Shown: positions 27,139 through 37,164, counted from the first letter of the stretch. The stretch: 64,000 nucleotides of DNA from Pseudomonadota bacterium (GCA_027320085.1 DAHVLZ010000019.1:87912-151911), one strand, 5' to 3'. The notes: generated by a model not told the origin, from the sequence alone. Translations and numbers: made by a program.

Positions 27139-28593
27139 TTGTCTCCATCCCATCGTCTGACCGACCCTCCGGTTGAACACCGCGTCGACCGGGTGCGGAC
27201 CCGCTTTGCGCCGAGTCCCACCGGCTTTCTGCATATCGGAGGGGCGCGGACCGCCCTTTTCAATTGGCTGTATGCCCGCCATTTCGGCGGTGATTTCATC
27301 CTGCGGATTGAAGACACCGATACTCACCGTTCCACGGCAGCCTATAGCCAAGCCATCGTCGAGGGACTTGCCTGGCTCGGACTCGATCCGGATGAGGGCC
27401 CCATCTACCAGAGTGGACGTTTCGAACGGTATCAGGCCGTCGCCGATACCCTGATCCGGCAGGGGTCGGCCTATCGCTGCTACTGCACCCCGCAGGAACT
27501 GGAAGAGCGGCGGAATGAGCAGACTCGCCGGGGTGAAAAACCCCGTTACGACGGGCACTGTCGGGATTTGACCGTAGCCCGTCCCGGCGTTTCGCCGGTC
27601 GTTCGTTTCCGGACTCCGCAAGAGGGGGCGGTGGGTTTCACCGACTCTGTCCGGGGAGCCATCGGTTTTGAAAACGCGGAGCTGGATGATCTTGTCATTC
27701 TGCGATCCGATGGGACCCCGACCTACAATTTCGGGGTGGTGGTTGATGATCATGACATGGAGATCACCCATGTGATCCGGGGGGACGACCACATCAACAA
27801 CACCCCCCGTCAGATCCACATCTATCACGCGCTCGGCTTTCCCCTGCCGGAGTTCGCGCACCTGCCGATGATCCTGGGTCCGGACGGTTCGCGGCTTTCC
27901 AAGCGCCACGGCGCCGTGAGCGTCGAGCAGTACCGGCTTGATGGCTTCCTGCCGGAAGCCATGGTCAACTACCTGGTCCGACTCGGTTGGTCGCATGGGG
28001 ATCAGGAAATTTTCCCGACGGACGAGATGGTGCAGTACTTCGACCTGACCGCCATCAGCCGGTCTCCCGCGATTTTCAATCGGGACAAGCTCACCTGGCT
28101 CAATCAGCACTACCTCAAAAGCTTGCCTGGGGAGAGGATCCGGTCCGCGCTGGAACCACTCCTGCCGATCATCGGTCTTTCGGAATGGGCGAGTCCCGCA
28201 CTCGGTGCCGTAATCCCCCTCCTGCAGGGACGCAGCCGGACCTTGACGGAGATGGCCGAGTCATGCCTGGTGTTCTACCGTGAACCGCAAGCCTACGATG
28301 AGAAAGCCTGGAGGGAGCATCTCGGATCCGGCCAGGAGCACTTGCTGGAAGTCGTTCGGAAGCGACTCGATGCCCAGTTGGAATGGACACCAGAAGCCCT
28401 TCATCACATCCTCACCGAGGTCGCGGAGGCTCAAGGCCTGAAGCTCGGACAGGTGGCCCAGCCGATCCGGGTGGCGCTCACCGGGAATACCGTCTCACCT
28501 CCGATCGATCAGACCCTGGCCGTATTGGGAAAGGAACGGTCGCTCGCCCGCCTGGACCGGGCCCGAGCCAGGCAGGCCGGACTTGCGGGGTAA
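27139..28593 (+). CDS. gltX: Glutamyl-tRNA synthetase.
   Basis: RTRFAPSPTGFLHIGGARTALFNWLYARHFGGDFILRIEDTD matches the HIGH-class signature. There is an alternative GTG start at 27193. It is followed by tRNA-Ala and tRNA-Glu. Confidence 0.85.
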   Translation: MSPSHRLTDPPVEHRVDRVRTRFAPSPTGFLHIGGARTALFNWLYARHFGGDFILRIEDTDTHRSTAAYSQAIVEGLAWLGLDPDEGPIYQSGRFERYQAVADTLIRQGSAYRCYCTPQELEERRNEQTRRGEKPRYDGHCRDLTVARPGVSPVVRFRTPQEGAVGFTDSVRGAIGFENAELDDLVILRSDGTPTYNFGVVVDDHDMEITHVIRGDDHINNTPRQIHIYHALGFPLPEFAHLPMILGPDGSRLSKRHGAVSVEQYRLDGFLPEAMVNYLVRLGWSHGDQEIFPTDEMVQYFDLTAISRSPAIFNRDKLTWLNQHYLKSLPGERIRSALEPLLPIIGLSEWASPALGAVIPLLQGRSRTLTEMAESCLVFYREPQAYDEKAWREHLGSGQEHLLEVVRKRLDAQLEWTPEALHHILTEVAEAQGLKLGQVAQPIRVALTGNTVSPPIDQTLAVLGKERSLARLDRARARQAGLAG

Positions 28594-28653
28594 AGAGAGA
28601 TACCTCAAAGCTTGACAGAACCCATGGGATGCCTTGAAAATGATCGGCTCCGG

Positions 28654-28729
<76 letters not shown>

Positions 28730-28753
28730 CGTCACCTTTGCTCCCGGAGTTTC

Positions 28754-28829
28754 GTCCCCATCGTCTAGAGGCCTAGGACACGGCCCTTTCAAGGCCGTAA
28801 CACGGGTTCGAATCCCGTTGGGGACGCCA
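28754..28829 (+). tRNA. tRNA-Glu (anticodon TTC).
   Basis: GTCCCCATCGTCTAGAGGCCTAGGACACGGCCCTTTCAAGGCCGTAACACGGGTTCGAATCCCGTTGGGGACGCCA. Confidence 0.85.
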
Positions 28830-29392
28830 ACTTTTGGCTCTCGCGAGCAGTTTCCGGAAGCGTCCCGATACGGGTCAGGCCGCTCACCTCGTACTCCCTG
28901 TGACCGACCGGCTGGCTGGAACTTCATTGGCTCGGCCAGAAGCTCGACCAAGGCCGACCGTGCGGCGGCGGTTTCCGAGTGCAGGACGTGGCGCAGATGC
29001 GCCGCGCGCTGGGTGATCAAACCCTCCATCGCTTGCCAATCCCACGGCAAAGCCATGGCAACCGCCCATTCGCCGGGGCAAAGCGCGGGAAGCGTGCGCT
29101 GATGGGTCCAAACACCGGGCGGGTTGCATCAATGGAGTTACTGGCGGAGTTGCCGAACGTCACAAATCGGCCAGGAGCCGTCACTCACGGATTGCGAACA
29201 TCGGCGAAACAAACGTCGGCAGTACACTCAACAGTTGACGCCGCGAGGGCAAACCGACTTCACGCTGTTCAGCCACACGGGCTGTCGACAAAGACCGTCA
29301 TTAGACAGCCTGTGACTCTTCCCTGACTTTCGGAAGGTCATCTTCCGGAAGCCTTCGGAGTAGTTCGCCGCGTAGGCACCGCGACCTGACCG

Positions 29393-30316
29393 TTAGCGCC
29401 AGGTCCCGCCATTCGGGTCCCATCGGCCTTTGGCGCCTTCCGGCAGCGCAAGGTTTGCGATAACAGGGCCGAAGAAGCGCCGCAGCTCCGCTTGCAGGTC
29501 GATGAAGGACAGCGGTTGAAGGGTCGGTGGATTTCGGCGCAGGAAGCCACTCCAAAGGCCGCGCTCCTCAGCAATCTTCGCAAACCTTTCCGTAAGACCC
29601 ACCGGCATTTCGCTCGGGATCGCAATCTCGCGGCGCCGAAGCGTTCCTGAGACGGCTTCAGCCAGGCTAGGTAGGTCGAACGGGAACGTGCGGGTCGTGA
29701 CCCAAATATCATGAAAATCCTTGATCCTTCCGTTCGCCTCCCCGAAGCGGATCATCGCTTCGAACTTCTCAGCCACCACGGCTTCAGGCGGGTACATCAG
29801 GATATTCGCCGCGGATAGATCTGGCAGGAGGGCTGGGAAGGTCTGCCGCGTCGGTGGAGGGTAGACATAGTCGCCAAAACCGACGTCCACATGCACGGGA
29901 ATGATTGCCTTGGCCAGTTCGCCCGTCAGGTTCAGCTGGGCGCCTTGGTACTTGTCGGCTTCGCGCACCGGCTCGACTCGCAGGCTTGCCGGGTCGAAGA
30001 CAATGCCGTCGTCGGGGGCTTGGACCTGGCAGATGCGGGTAAAGAGTTCGGTGATGGCGGCAGGGTCAGAGTCGCCCTGGCCGAGCAAGTCGAGGTCACC
30101 GGTGGGCCGGAAGGCGTGCTCGGGCCAGGTGACGAACAGCATGGCGCCCTTGAGCACATAGTGCTCGGCAGCCTCCGTCTGACTGAGCCGATAGAGCAGG
30201 CGTTCGATAGCGTAGCGCGTCAAGACTCGCTGGTAGTCATCGCGATGCTCCTTGGCATGCTGGAGCAGCCGCGCCCTGATGGATGCCGCGGGATTCTTTA
30301 GAGTCTTGCCATTCAT
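29393..30316 (-). CDS. AbiEii/AbiGii-family nucleotidyltransferase toxin (type IV toxin-antitoxin system).
   Basis: ORF 29393..30472 trimmed to MNGKTLKNPAASIRARLLQHAKEHRDDYQRVLTRYAIERLLYRL.... A nucleotidyltransferase GDLD motif is present (HYVLKGAMLF...TGDLDLLG). It shares an ATGA stop/start overlap with the upstream gene. Confidence 0.75.
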   Translation of the reverse strand: MNGKTLKNPAASIRARLLQHAKEHRDDYQRVLTRYAIERLLYRLSQTEAAEHYVLKGAMLFVTWPEHAFRPTGDLDLLGQGDSDPAAITELFTRICQVQAPDDGIVFDPASLRVEPVREADKYQGAQLNLTGELAKAIIPVHVDVGFGDYVYPPPTRQTFPALLPDLSAANILMYPPEAVVAEKFEAMIRFGEANGRIKDFHDIWVTTRTFPFDLPSLAEAVSGTLRRREIAIPSEMPVGLTERFAKIAEERGLWSGFLRRNPPTLQPLSFIDLQAELRRFFGPVIANLALPEGAKGRWDPNGGTWR

Positions 30317-30948
30317 TGCACCGCTTTGATATAGGGCGCGATCCGTTCGGTGACGCGATCGATGGCTGCGTACTTCATCAGCTCGCTCGGGGTAGTCTTT
30401 CTTTTGCGCAAGGCGTCCCGCAGCGCTTCGATGGCGACGTCCTCGCCAATATGGCGGCGATGCTTGAAGCAATCCGCTACGGTTTTTGCGACACCGTAGA
30501 TCGGCACGTCGACCCCCTCTATGCGGATGTGCTCGATGCCCGCAGTCAGGACCGCACCAGTGGCGCGAACAATCTCGAGCCGCGGATTCCGCACGTTCGG
30601 CGTCCTGGCTCCGTGAGGAATGGTCATCCAGACCGCGTGCGGCAGCTGAGTAGTCAGTTCGTGGTACCGAAGCGCACTGACGAGGCTGATCACGCCGTTC
30701 GGGGCGAGACGGGCGGCTTCAGCCAGGTCATGAGCAACGTCCTCGCCCACGCGTTCCGGGTCTTGGTAGAGGCCGCGGCCAAGCTGGACAAGGTCGCCGG
30801 CGTCGGTCAGGCGCTTCAGGTAGACCAGAGGGATGCCCGCCGCTTTGAAATCGCGTGCGCGCGCAATTCCCCTGTCATGGATGAGGCGGAGCGCGCGTTC
30901 GCGATAAGTTATATGACGTTCAGCCATTGTGTTATCTATTGTAGTCAA
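30313..30948 (-). CDS. AbiEi-family antitoxin and transcriptional regulator (type IV toxin-antitoxin system).
   Basis: It is 211 aa, immediately upstream of AbiEii and translationally coupled to it. An N-terminal winged-helix-like region is followed by a conserved C-terminal domain. Confidence 0.65.
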   Translation of the reverse strand: MTTIDNTMAERHITYRERALRLIHDRGIARARDFKAAGIPLVYLKRLTDAGDLVQLGRGLYQDPERVGEDVAHDLAEAARLAPNGVISLVSALRYHELTTQLPHAVWMTIPHGARTPNVRNPRLEIVRATGAVLTAGIEHIRIEGVDVPIYGVAKTVADCFKHRRHIGEDVAIEALRDALRKRKTTPSELMKYAAIDRVTERIAPYIKAVQ

Positions 30949-30996
30949 TAATATACATCAATCAACATAAAGTAACAGTTGATAAATTACAGGTGA

Positions 30997-31017
30997 GATC
31001 ATATAATTTTTATGATC
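30997..31017. promoter_or_regulatory. AT-rich divergent promoter region containing a perfect inverted repeat (GATCATA-TAATTTT-TATGATC) that overlaps a TATAAT -10 box. It is a candidate operator.
   Basis: Positions 30949-31011 are the only strongly AT-rich stretch in the area. The inverted repeat overlaps the annotated ATG at 31012, so an alternative start at 31018 is possible. Confidence 0.4.
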
Positions 31018-34000
31018 ATGGATCAAGCTACCTCAATCGACGATCTTACGCCCAAACATGTCCGAGCCGCACGGGCACTCCTGGCCTGGTCCCAGCAGGA
31101 TCTCGCCAAGGCGGCGGGCGTGGCGACTTCGACAGTCGCTGACTTTGAAAGGGGTAAGAGAACCCCAGTTGCCAACAACGCCCAAGCCATTCGCAGCGCC
31201 CTCGAGGGCGCCGGCATCCGCTTCCTGCCCACGGGGGCAGTGATTGGACCGGCCATTCCGAGCATCGTGCCGAGCGAGCGTCCTGGCACGCCGATTCGAT
31301 GGGTGGATGCGGAAAATCTTTCAGACTGGGCGAACCGCAACGATGGCGCCGTAAGCCTGCCGACCCTCATCGCTCATCTTATTCGCGCCACCCACGGTCC
31401 GGCCGTCCAGCTCCGCTTTCCCGCCGACGGGGGTGTGCGGCACCCGGGCTGGGACGGCCACACCTCGACCGAGACCGGAAGCACCTACGTGCCGCAGGGT
31501 GAAACCGGCTGGGAGATCAGCAGCCAGCGCAGCAACATAGCGCAGAAGGCGATAGAGGATTACCGCAAGCGCACGGCGGCGCCTGCGCCGCTCGTCCCCG
31601 CCCACGCCGCCTTTGTCTTCGTCACCCCCCGCCATTGGCCCAAGAAAGACGAGTGGGCAAAGGCCCGCCGCGATGAAGGTGTCTGGCGAGAGGTCCGTGC
31701 CTACGACGCTGACGACCTCGTCCACTGGATCGAGCAGACACCCGCAGTCGGACTTTGGCTGGCCACTCGCCTTGGTAAGCGGCCCGCTGGGATTCGCGAA
31801 CTCGACAATATCTGGGAAGAGTGGTCGTGTGCAACCCAGTGGCCCCTCACGCCCGAACTGGTCCTCAGCGATCGGGACCAGGACGCAACGGCAGTGCTGC
31901 AGTGGCTACGCGGCGAGCCGTCCGTCTTCTCCCTCCGAGCGACCACGACGGATGAGGTGATCGCGTTTTTCCACGCCACCCTCAGCATGCTGCCGGACGA
32001 CATGGCGGCCGCCTATCGGGCCCATTGCCTCGTGGCGACCACGACTGCGGGCGCCCGGGCGCTGGCTAACGCGCCAGCGCCCCTGATTCTCCTTCTGACC
32101 GAACCCGAGCCCGGTCTGGCACGGACGCTCGTGGAACGGGGTCACTATGTGCTGCAGGCCTATGACGAGCGGCCGGTCGCGCGCGGCGAAGTCCGCACCC
32201 TCGCACGGGCATCACGCGAAGGGATCGCCAGGGCGCTGATCGCGGCCGGAATCGCCAAGCCTCGGGCTGAGGCGCTCGCGCGCGACAGTGCCCGCAATCT
32301 TACGGTCCTCCGCCGCCTCATCCCCGGCGCGCCGGGGCGCCTTCCTCGCTGGGCGCAAGACCCCCCCCCCCACGCCTTGCTGGCGGCACTGCTGGCAGGT
32401 GGTTGGGACGAGAACATGGAGGTTGATCGGGCTCTACTCGCCGCGATTGCCGACCAGCCGTATGAAACCGTCATCACCGTCCTGGCGCCGTACGTCGGCG
32501 ATTTCGACGCCCCGCTGCAGAAGATCGGCTCGACATGGCGCATCGCGTCGCCAGCGGACGCGTGGTTCCTGCTCGCGCCGTACCTGACGAGCGCCGACCT
32601 AACGCGTTTCGAGGCCGCGGCGCACACCGTGCTCGGCTCGGCGGACCCGCGTTACGAGATGGACCCCAAGGAGCGCTGGATGGCAGCGGTGCGCGACATC
32701 CGGCCGGCGTATTCGGGGCTGCTGCGTCACGGAATCGGGCAGGTGCTGATCCTGCTCTCGCTGTGGGGCGACAGGGTCCGTACCGTGCCCGACGCCGCGC
32801 GGCGCGCCGACGCCATCGTCGACAAGCTGCTCCGCAAGGCCGACGCACAACGGTGGTGGTCGCTCTCCCGGGATTTTCGACTGCTCGCCGAGGCCTCGCC
32901 CGGGGCCTTCCTGGGTGCCATCGAAGACAGCCTCGATGAGGACGATCCGCCCATCCACGCCCTGTTTGGCGCCGACGAGGGGGGCGTGTTCGAGACCGAA
33001 CACCTCTCAGACCTGCTTTGGGCGCTGGAGTCCCTGGCCTGGTCGCCGGAACTGATGCCTCGGGTGACCCATGTCCTCGCACGGCTCGACGCCATCGATC
33101 GCCCGCCTGGGCGGAACGGGAATCGGCCGGCGAACAGTCTCCGCACAATTCACCTGCTTTGGTACCCCCAGACCTATGCAACGCTTGACCACCGACTTCA
33201 GGCTCTCGACCTGATTCGTAAGCATGAACCCGATGCTGCGTGGAAGCTGATGCTCCGTCTCCTGCCGAAAGGGCCCGATACCGCGAGCCCGACCCCCATG
33301 CCGCTGTGGCGTGACTTCCCGATCGGCAACGTCGAAGACGTCACCTGGGGTCTCGTTGGGCACGGGGCCACCGCCATCACCGAACGGCTCGTCGCCGACG
33401 TGGGTGTGAACGCAGAACGCTGGTTGCAGCTGCTCGATCACCTGGCCGCTCTGGCTCCGGATTCCCAGGCTGGAATCGCAGCGCTCGAGGCGGCTGCGCC
33501 GAAGATTACGGACAAGGCCGATCGCGACCGGCTCTGGACGAGTCTGCGGCGCGTGCTGCACCACCATCACCACCACCGACGGTTCCCGGGCGCCAAATGG
33601 TCCATACCGACCGAGTTGCTGGATCGGCTGGAAGCGATCTACGAGCGCTTCGCGCCCTCGGATCTGCTTGAGCGCACGGCCTGGCTCTTCGAGCAATCCG
33701 CAGTACTACCCGAACCTTCGACAGCGGGCTGGGAGGCGCAGGTGCACGACATCGACGCTGCCAGACAGGAGGCGGCACGAATGTTGTTCTCCGAAGGCGG
33801 CGCGACATCCATCCTGGCGCTCGCGCGTCTCGTCGACGCGGCCGGGCACATCGGCAAGGCGCTCTACAACAGCGGACTTTCGGAGTCCGGCCTCGATTCG
33901 CTCCTCGAGGCGGCGCTGCGGAGCAACAACGATCATGAACGGGACGTCGCCCATGGCCTGATCATCTCCGTCTTCCGCGATCGAAAGGAGCCCTGGGCGG

Positions 34001-35094
34001 CGACCTTGATTGCCAAGGCCAAGAAAGAGGCGTGGGGTGACACCGCGCTTGTGACTATCCTGCGTGCGCTCCCCGTTCAACGCTGGACTTGGGACCAGGC
34101 TACCCAACTCGGTACAGTAATTGAAGATACCTACTGGCGCCATGTGTCTATGTTTTGGGAAAGCGAGGACAGCGAGGACATCGCCTTCGCCATCCGCAAG
34201 CTGATCTCTGTAGGCCGCGCGCGCCATGCCCTACAGCTGACAGGACAGGACAGTAAGGCCCAGCTACCGTCAGACCTGCTCGTCGATGTGCTGCGGGAGG
34301 CCGTGCGCCAGCCGTCCAAGAGTGACGGTACCATGAACGACGCAACCATGTTTCAGCACTACGTTACCAAGACACTTCAGATCCTGGATGAGCGCAGTAA
34401 CGTAAGCAGGGACATTCTGGCCGAGCTCGAGTGGATCTATCTGCGAGTTCTGGAGCATTCACACCGACCGGCCAAGGTGCTGCTGGAGGCCCTTTCGGAG
34501 CGGCCCGCGCTATTCATCCAGGTGCTCAGCGCGGTATTCAAGGCGAGCGAAGAAGGCGTCGTCGATGTCGAACCCGAGAACCCCGAGAACCCCGAGCACA
34601 CCCGTACTGTCGCCAAACAGGCGTATCGGCTGCTGGAACTCTGGAACCGCCTTCCTGGCACTCGTGACGACGGCACCCTTGACGGCCAGGTTCTGGAGGC
34701 TTGGATCAAGGCGGCTCGGTCACGCGCCAAAACGGCGGGGCGGGAAGAGATCGCCGACAGCCGGATTGGGCACATGCTGTCGGCCTCACCGGTCGGGGCG
34801 GACGGCAACTGGCCGGCCGAAGCAGTGCGCGACGTGCTCGACCTGTTTCGCAGTAAGCCGATGATCGAAGGCTTTTGCATCGGGAAAAGAGAACGGGGTG
34901 GCGTCACCGCGCGGATGCCGTGCGACGGGGGGAATCTCGAACGCCAGGAGGCTGCGAAGTACCGCAACTGGGCGGAGGCCATCGCCTACGAACATCCACA
35001 TACTTCAAAGGCCCTCGACACCCTGGCGGACAGCTACGAAAACGAAGCGCGCTCCCACGACGAAGATGCCGAGCGCCGGGACTGGTGGTATTAG
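31012..35094 (+). CDS. Large orphan protein (1360 aa) with an N-terminal XRE-type helix-turn-helix domain and an internal His7 run. It is a candidate defence or abortive-infection factor.
   Basis: The N-terminal LTPKHVRAARALLAWSQQDLAKAAGVATSTVADFERGKRTP fits an XRE helix-turn-helix. The remaining roughly 1250 aa has no motif I can recognise. It contains HHHHHHH at RRVLHHHHHHRRF. It is transcribed divergently from the abiEi-abiEii pair. Confidence 0.7.
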   Translation: MIMDQATSIDDLTPKHVRAARALLAWSQQDLAKAAGVATSTVADFERGKRTPVANNAQAIRSALEGAGIRFLPTGAVIGPAIPSIVPSERPGTPIRWVDAENLSDWANRNDGAVSLPTLIAHLIRATHGPAVQLRFPADGGVRHPGWDGHTSTETGSTYVPQGETGWEISSQRSNIAQKAIEDYRKRTAAPAPLVPAHAAFVFVTPRHWPKKDEWAKARRDEGVWREVRAYDADDLVHWIEQTPAVGLWLATRLGKRPAGIRELDNIWEEWSCATQWPLTPELVLSDRDQDATAVLQWLRGEPSVFSLRATTTDEVIAFFHATLSMLPDDMAAAYRAHCLVATTTAGARALANAPAPLILLLTEPEPGLARTLVERGHYVLQAYDERPVARGEVRTLARASREGIARALIAAGIAKPRAEALARDSARNLTVLRRLIPGAPGRLPRWAQDPPPHALLAALLAGGWDENMEVDRALLAAIADQPYETVITVLAPYVGDFDAPLQKIGSTWRIASPADAWFLLAPYLTSADLTRFEAAAHTVLGSADPRYEMDPKERWMAAVRDIRPAYSGLLRHGIGQVLILLSLWGDRVRTVPDAARRADAIVDKLLRKADAQRWWSLSRDFRLLAEASPGAFLGAIEDSLDEDDPPIHALFGADEGGVFETEHLSDLLWALESLAWSPELMPRVTHVLARLDAIDRPPGRNGNRPANSLRTIHLLWYPQTYATLDHRLQALDLIRKHEPDAAWKLMLRLLPKGPDTASPTPMPLWRDFPIGNVEDVTWGLVGHGATAITERLVADVGVNAERWLQLLDHLAALAPDSQAGIAALEAAAPKITDKADRDRLWTSLRRVLHHHHHHRRFPGAKWSIPTELLDRLEAIYERFAPSDLLERTAWLFEQSAVLPEPSTAGWEAQVHDIDAARQEAARMLFSEGGATSILALARLVDAAGHIGKALYNSGLSESGLDSLLEAALRSNNDHERDVAHGLIISVFRDRKEPWAATLIAKAKKEAWGDTALVTILRALPVQRWTWDQATQLGTVIEDTYWRHVSMFWESEDSEDIAFAIRKLISVGRARHALQLTGQDSKAQLPSDLLVDVLREAVRQPSKSDGTMNDATMFQHYVTKTLQILDERSNVSRDILAELEWIYLRVLEHSHRPAKVLLEALSERPALFIQVLSAVFKASEEGVVDVEPENPENPEHTRTVAKQAYRLLELWNRLPGTRDDGTLDGQVLEAWIKAARSRAKTAGREEIADSRIGHMLSASPVGADGNWPAEAVRDVLDLFRSKPMIEGFCIGKRERGGVTARMPCDGGNLERQEAAKYRNWAEAIAYEHPHTSKALDTLADSYENEARSHDEDAERRDWWY

Positions 35095-35405
35095 AGATCG
35101 GCGACGGCAGCAGGAATACCGCTCTGGCGAGGGGGTCGACGTCCTGTCGCAGCAGGCGCCACTGATCGATCCTACAGTCTGCGGTCGGTCCCTGATCACC
35201 CTCCACCCTGCCGCGCTTTGTGGCTCCTGCAGACGCGCGACTGTAGCGGCGCGCTATGATCGTTGGTCGGGCAGGTGTCAGCCCGATGAAGATGTCGCTC
35301 TTAATGGGTCAGGGAACCCGACGCGCCATATTCGGGTGCGAGAACCATCCTGACGGATAATAAGGTTTACACATATCAATGTGTGTGATCAAAAGGGAGA
35401 TCAAC

Positions 35406-36245
35406 ATGCTTCCACGTCGCCGGTTCGTGTTGTGTTGCTTGATGATGCTCATGTGGCATTCTGCCCGAGCAGGATCAACTCCCGGACCCTCTCCCCTCAT
35501 TTGGCTTTTCGCAGGAAGTGGCGTTTCCCGTCTGGCTGAGGCTCACGGGGGACGGGCTTTGCTGCGGGGTGTGCTGAACCGGCCGGAGACCTGGGTGATG
35601 GGCCACACCCCGGATGTGCCACCGCGTGCGATGCGGGTGGGGGGGGCTTCTCGTCTGTACGGTTTCCACCACGCGGTGGAGTCGCCAGTCCCTGCTGTCG
35701 TCCTGGACATCGAGAACTGGCCCATGACACCACCGGCGGAAAAAGAACATCCCGTGGCCACTTATGCCAAGGCGGCCCGGATCGCTGCCGCCCATCACAA
35801 AATGCTGATCGCAACCCCGGCCATGGATCTGGTGCGGGCTGTGGACCCCGCGTCGCGGGGTCCTCTCTACCGCCGCTTTCTTGAATTGCGTCTGGCCGCT
35901 CGGATTGCGCCCTATGCCGAGGTCTACGAGATCCAGGCGCAAGGGATCGAGAATGAGCCACGCCGTTACCTGGCGGTGGTCCGTGCGATTGCCCGGCAGG
36001 TGCGATCGATTCATCCGCAGGTGAGGATTCTGGCAGGACTGAGCACGGGTCCTTCGGGGCAGAGGACGAGTGCCCTCACGTTATATCGGGACGTGGTGGA
36101 GACCCGGGACATTGTCTCCGGTTACTGGCTCAACATCCCCGGTCATAGTCGCGGGTGTCCCCGTTGCACCACGCCACACCCGGAGATCGCGGTACGCCTT
36201 TTGCATCGCCTGGTGAGGTCCCGTCAGGGATTTTTGACGCGGTGA
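35406..36245 (+). CDS. Secreted hypothetical protein, possibly a glycoside-hydrolase-like TIM-barrel.
   Basis: ORF 35379..36245 trimmed to MLPRRRFVLCCLMMLMWHSARAGS, a signal peptide with an AAGGGAG ribosome-binding site upstream. Confidence 0.5.
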   Translation: MLPRRRFVLCCLMMLMWHSARAGSTPGPSPLIWLFAGSGVSRLAEAHGGRALLRGVLNRPETWVMGHTPDVPPRAMRVGGASRLYGFHHAVESPVPAVVLDIENWPMTPPAEKEHPVATYAKAARIAAAHHKMLIATPAMDLVRAVDPASRGPLYRRFLELRLAARIAPYAEVYEIQAQGIENEPRRYLAVVRAIARQVRSIHPQVRILAGLSTGPSGQRTSALTLYRDVVETRDIVSGYWLNIPGHSRGCPRCTTPHPEIAVRLLHRLVRSRQGFLTR

Positions 36246-36387
36246 CCCTGCCTTTTGATGATCCAAACAATGACAACCCGTCTCAGTCAGTCAATGGAGC
36301 AATACGCGCTGACCGATCAAAATGAAGTTCCGGACAGGACGGATACCGGGATTGTTCTCTCATCTCGATTAAACTAAAGGTTCTTCA

Positions 36388-37164
36388 TTGACTGGGGTCA
36401 TCATGCCGGGAAAAACCATTCTTGCGGTTATCGGAGGCACGGGCGCGGGTGCACTGGAGGATTTTGTAGAGGAACGACGGGACGAAATCTCGACTCCGTG
36501 GGGATCGCCCTCCGCCCCGCTTCGCTGGGGCCGTCTTTTCGGTGCCGAGATCGTGTTCCTGGCACGCCACGGGGACGGCCATGCACTGGCTCCCCACCAG
36601 ATCAACTACCGGGCCAATCTCTGGGCGATCGATTCGGTGGGGGCCCGCTCCGTGGTTGCGCTCGCGGCCGTCGGTGGAATCTCGCCTCGCATGGAGCCCG
36701 GATCGGTGGTGATCCCGGACCAGTTGATCGACTATACCTATGGGCGTGCCCAGACCTTTTTTGATGGGGAGGAGGATCCGGTCAAGCACATCGATTTCAC
36801 CGACCCCTATGATCCCGGGATGCGCAAATGGCTGTGTGACGGGGCCCGCCAGGCGGGTGTGCCCCGGATCGAGCAGGCCACCTACGGGGTGACCCAGGGG
36901 CCACGCCTGGAGACCCGAAAGGAAATCAGCAAGATGGAGCAGGACGGCTGCGATATCGTCGGCATGACGTCCATGCCCGAAGCTGCCCTGGCGCGTGAGC
37001 TGGGTCTCGCCTACGCCTGTTGTGCCCTGGTCAGTAACTGGGCGGCCGGCAAGGGAAGCCGACCCATCCACGACGAACTTGAAGAATCCCTGAGGCAGGC
37101 GATTTCGCGGATGCGGCTCACCCTGGAGGCGGCCTTGGCAAGGCCGTTACCGGAACGGCCTTGA
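36388..37164 (+). CDS. mtnP: S-methyl-5'-thioadenosine phosphorylase or purine nucleoside phosphorylase (PNP/MTAP family).
   Basis: ILAVIGGTGAG...EIVFLARHG...GVTQGPRLETRKEI...CDIVGMTSMPEAALARELGLAYA fits the family. An alternative start at Met 36403 is possible. Confidence 0.75.
   Translation: MTGVIMPGKTILAVIGGTGAGALEDFVEERRDEISTPWGSPSAPLRWGRLFGAEIVFLARHGDGHALAPHQINYRANLWAIDSVGARSVVALAAVGGISPRMEPGSVVIPDQLIDYTYGRAQTFFDGEEDPVKHIDFTDPYDPGMRKWLCDGARQAGVPRIEQATYGVTQGPRLETRKEISKMEQDGCDIVGMTSMPEAALARELGLAYACCALVSNWAAGKGSRPIHDELEESLRQAISRMRLTLEAALARPLPERP

Noticed and set aside
26201-28110. Minus-strand ORFs 26201..26881 and 26875..28110.
   Set aside because: They are antisense to tRNA-Val, the sulfur dioxygenase gene and gltX.
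35100-35400. Searched for a direct repeat of the tRNA-Glu or tRNA-Ala 3' end to delimit a second island.
   Set aside because: None found by inspection, so island status of 28830-35100 is not claimed.
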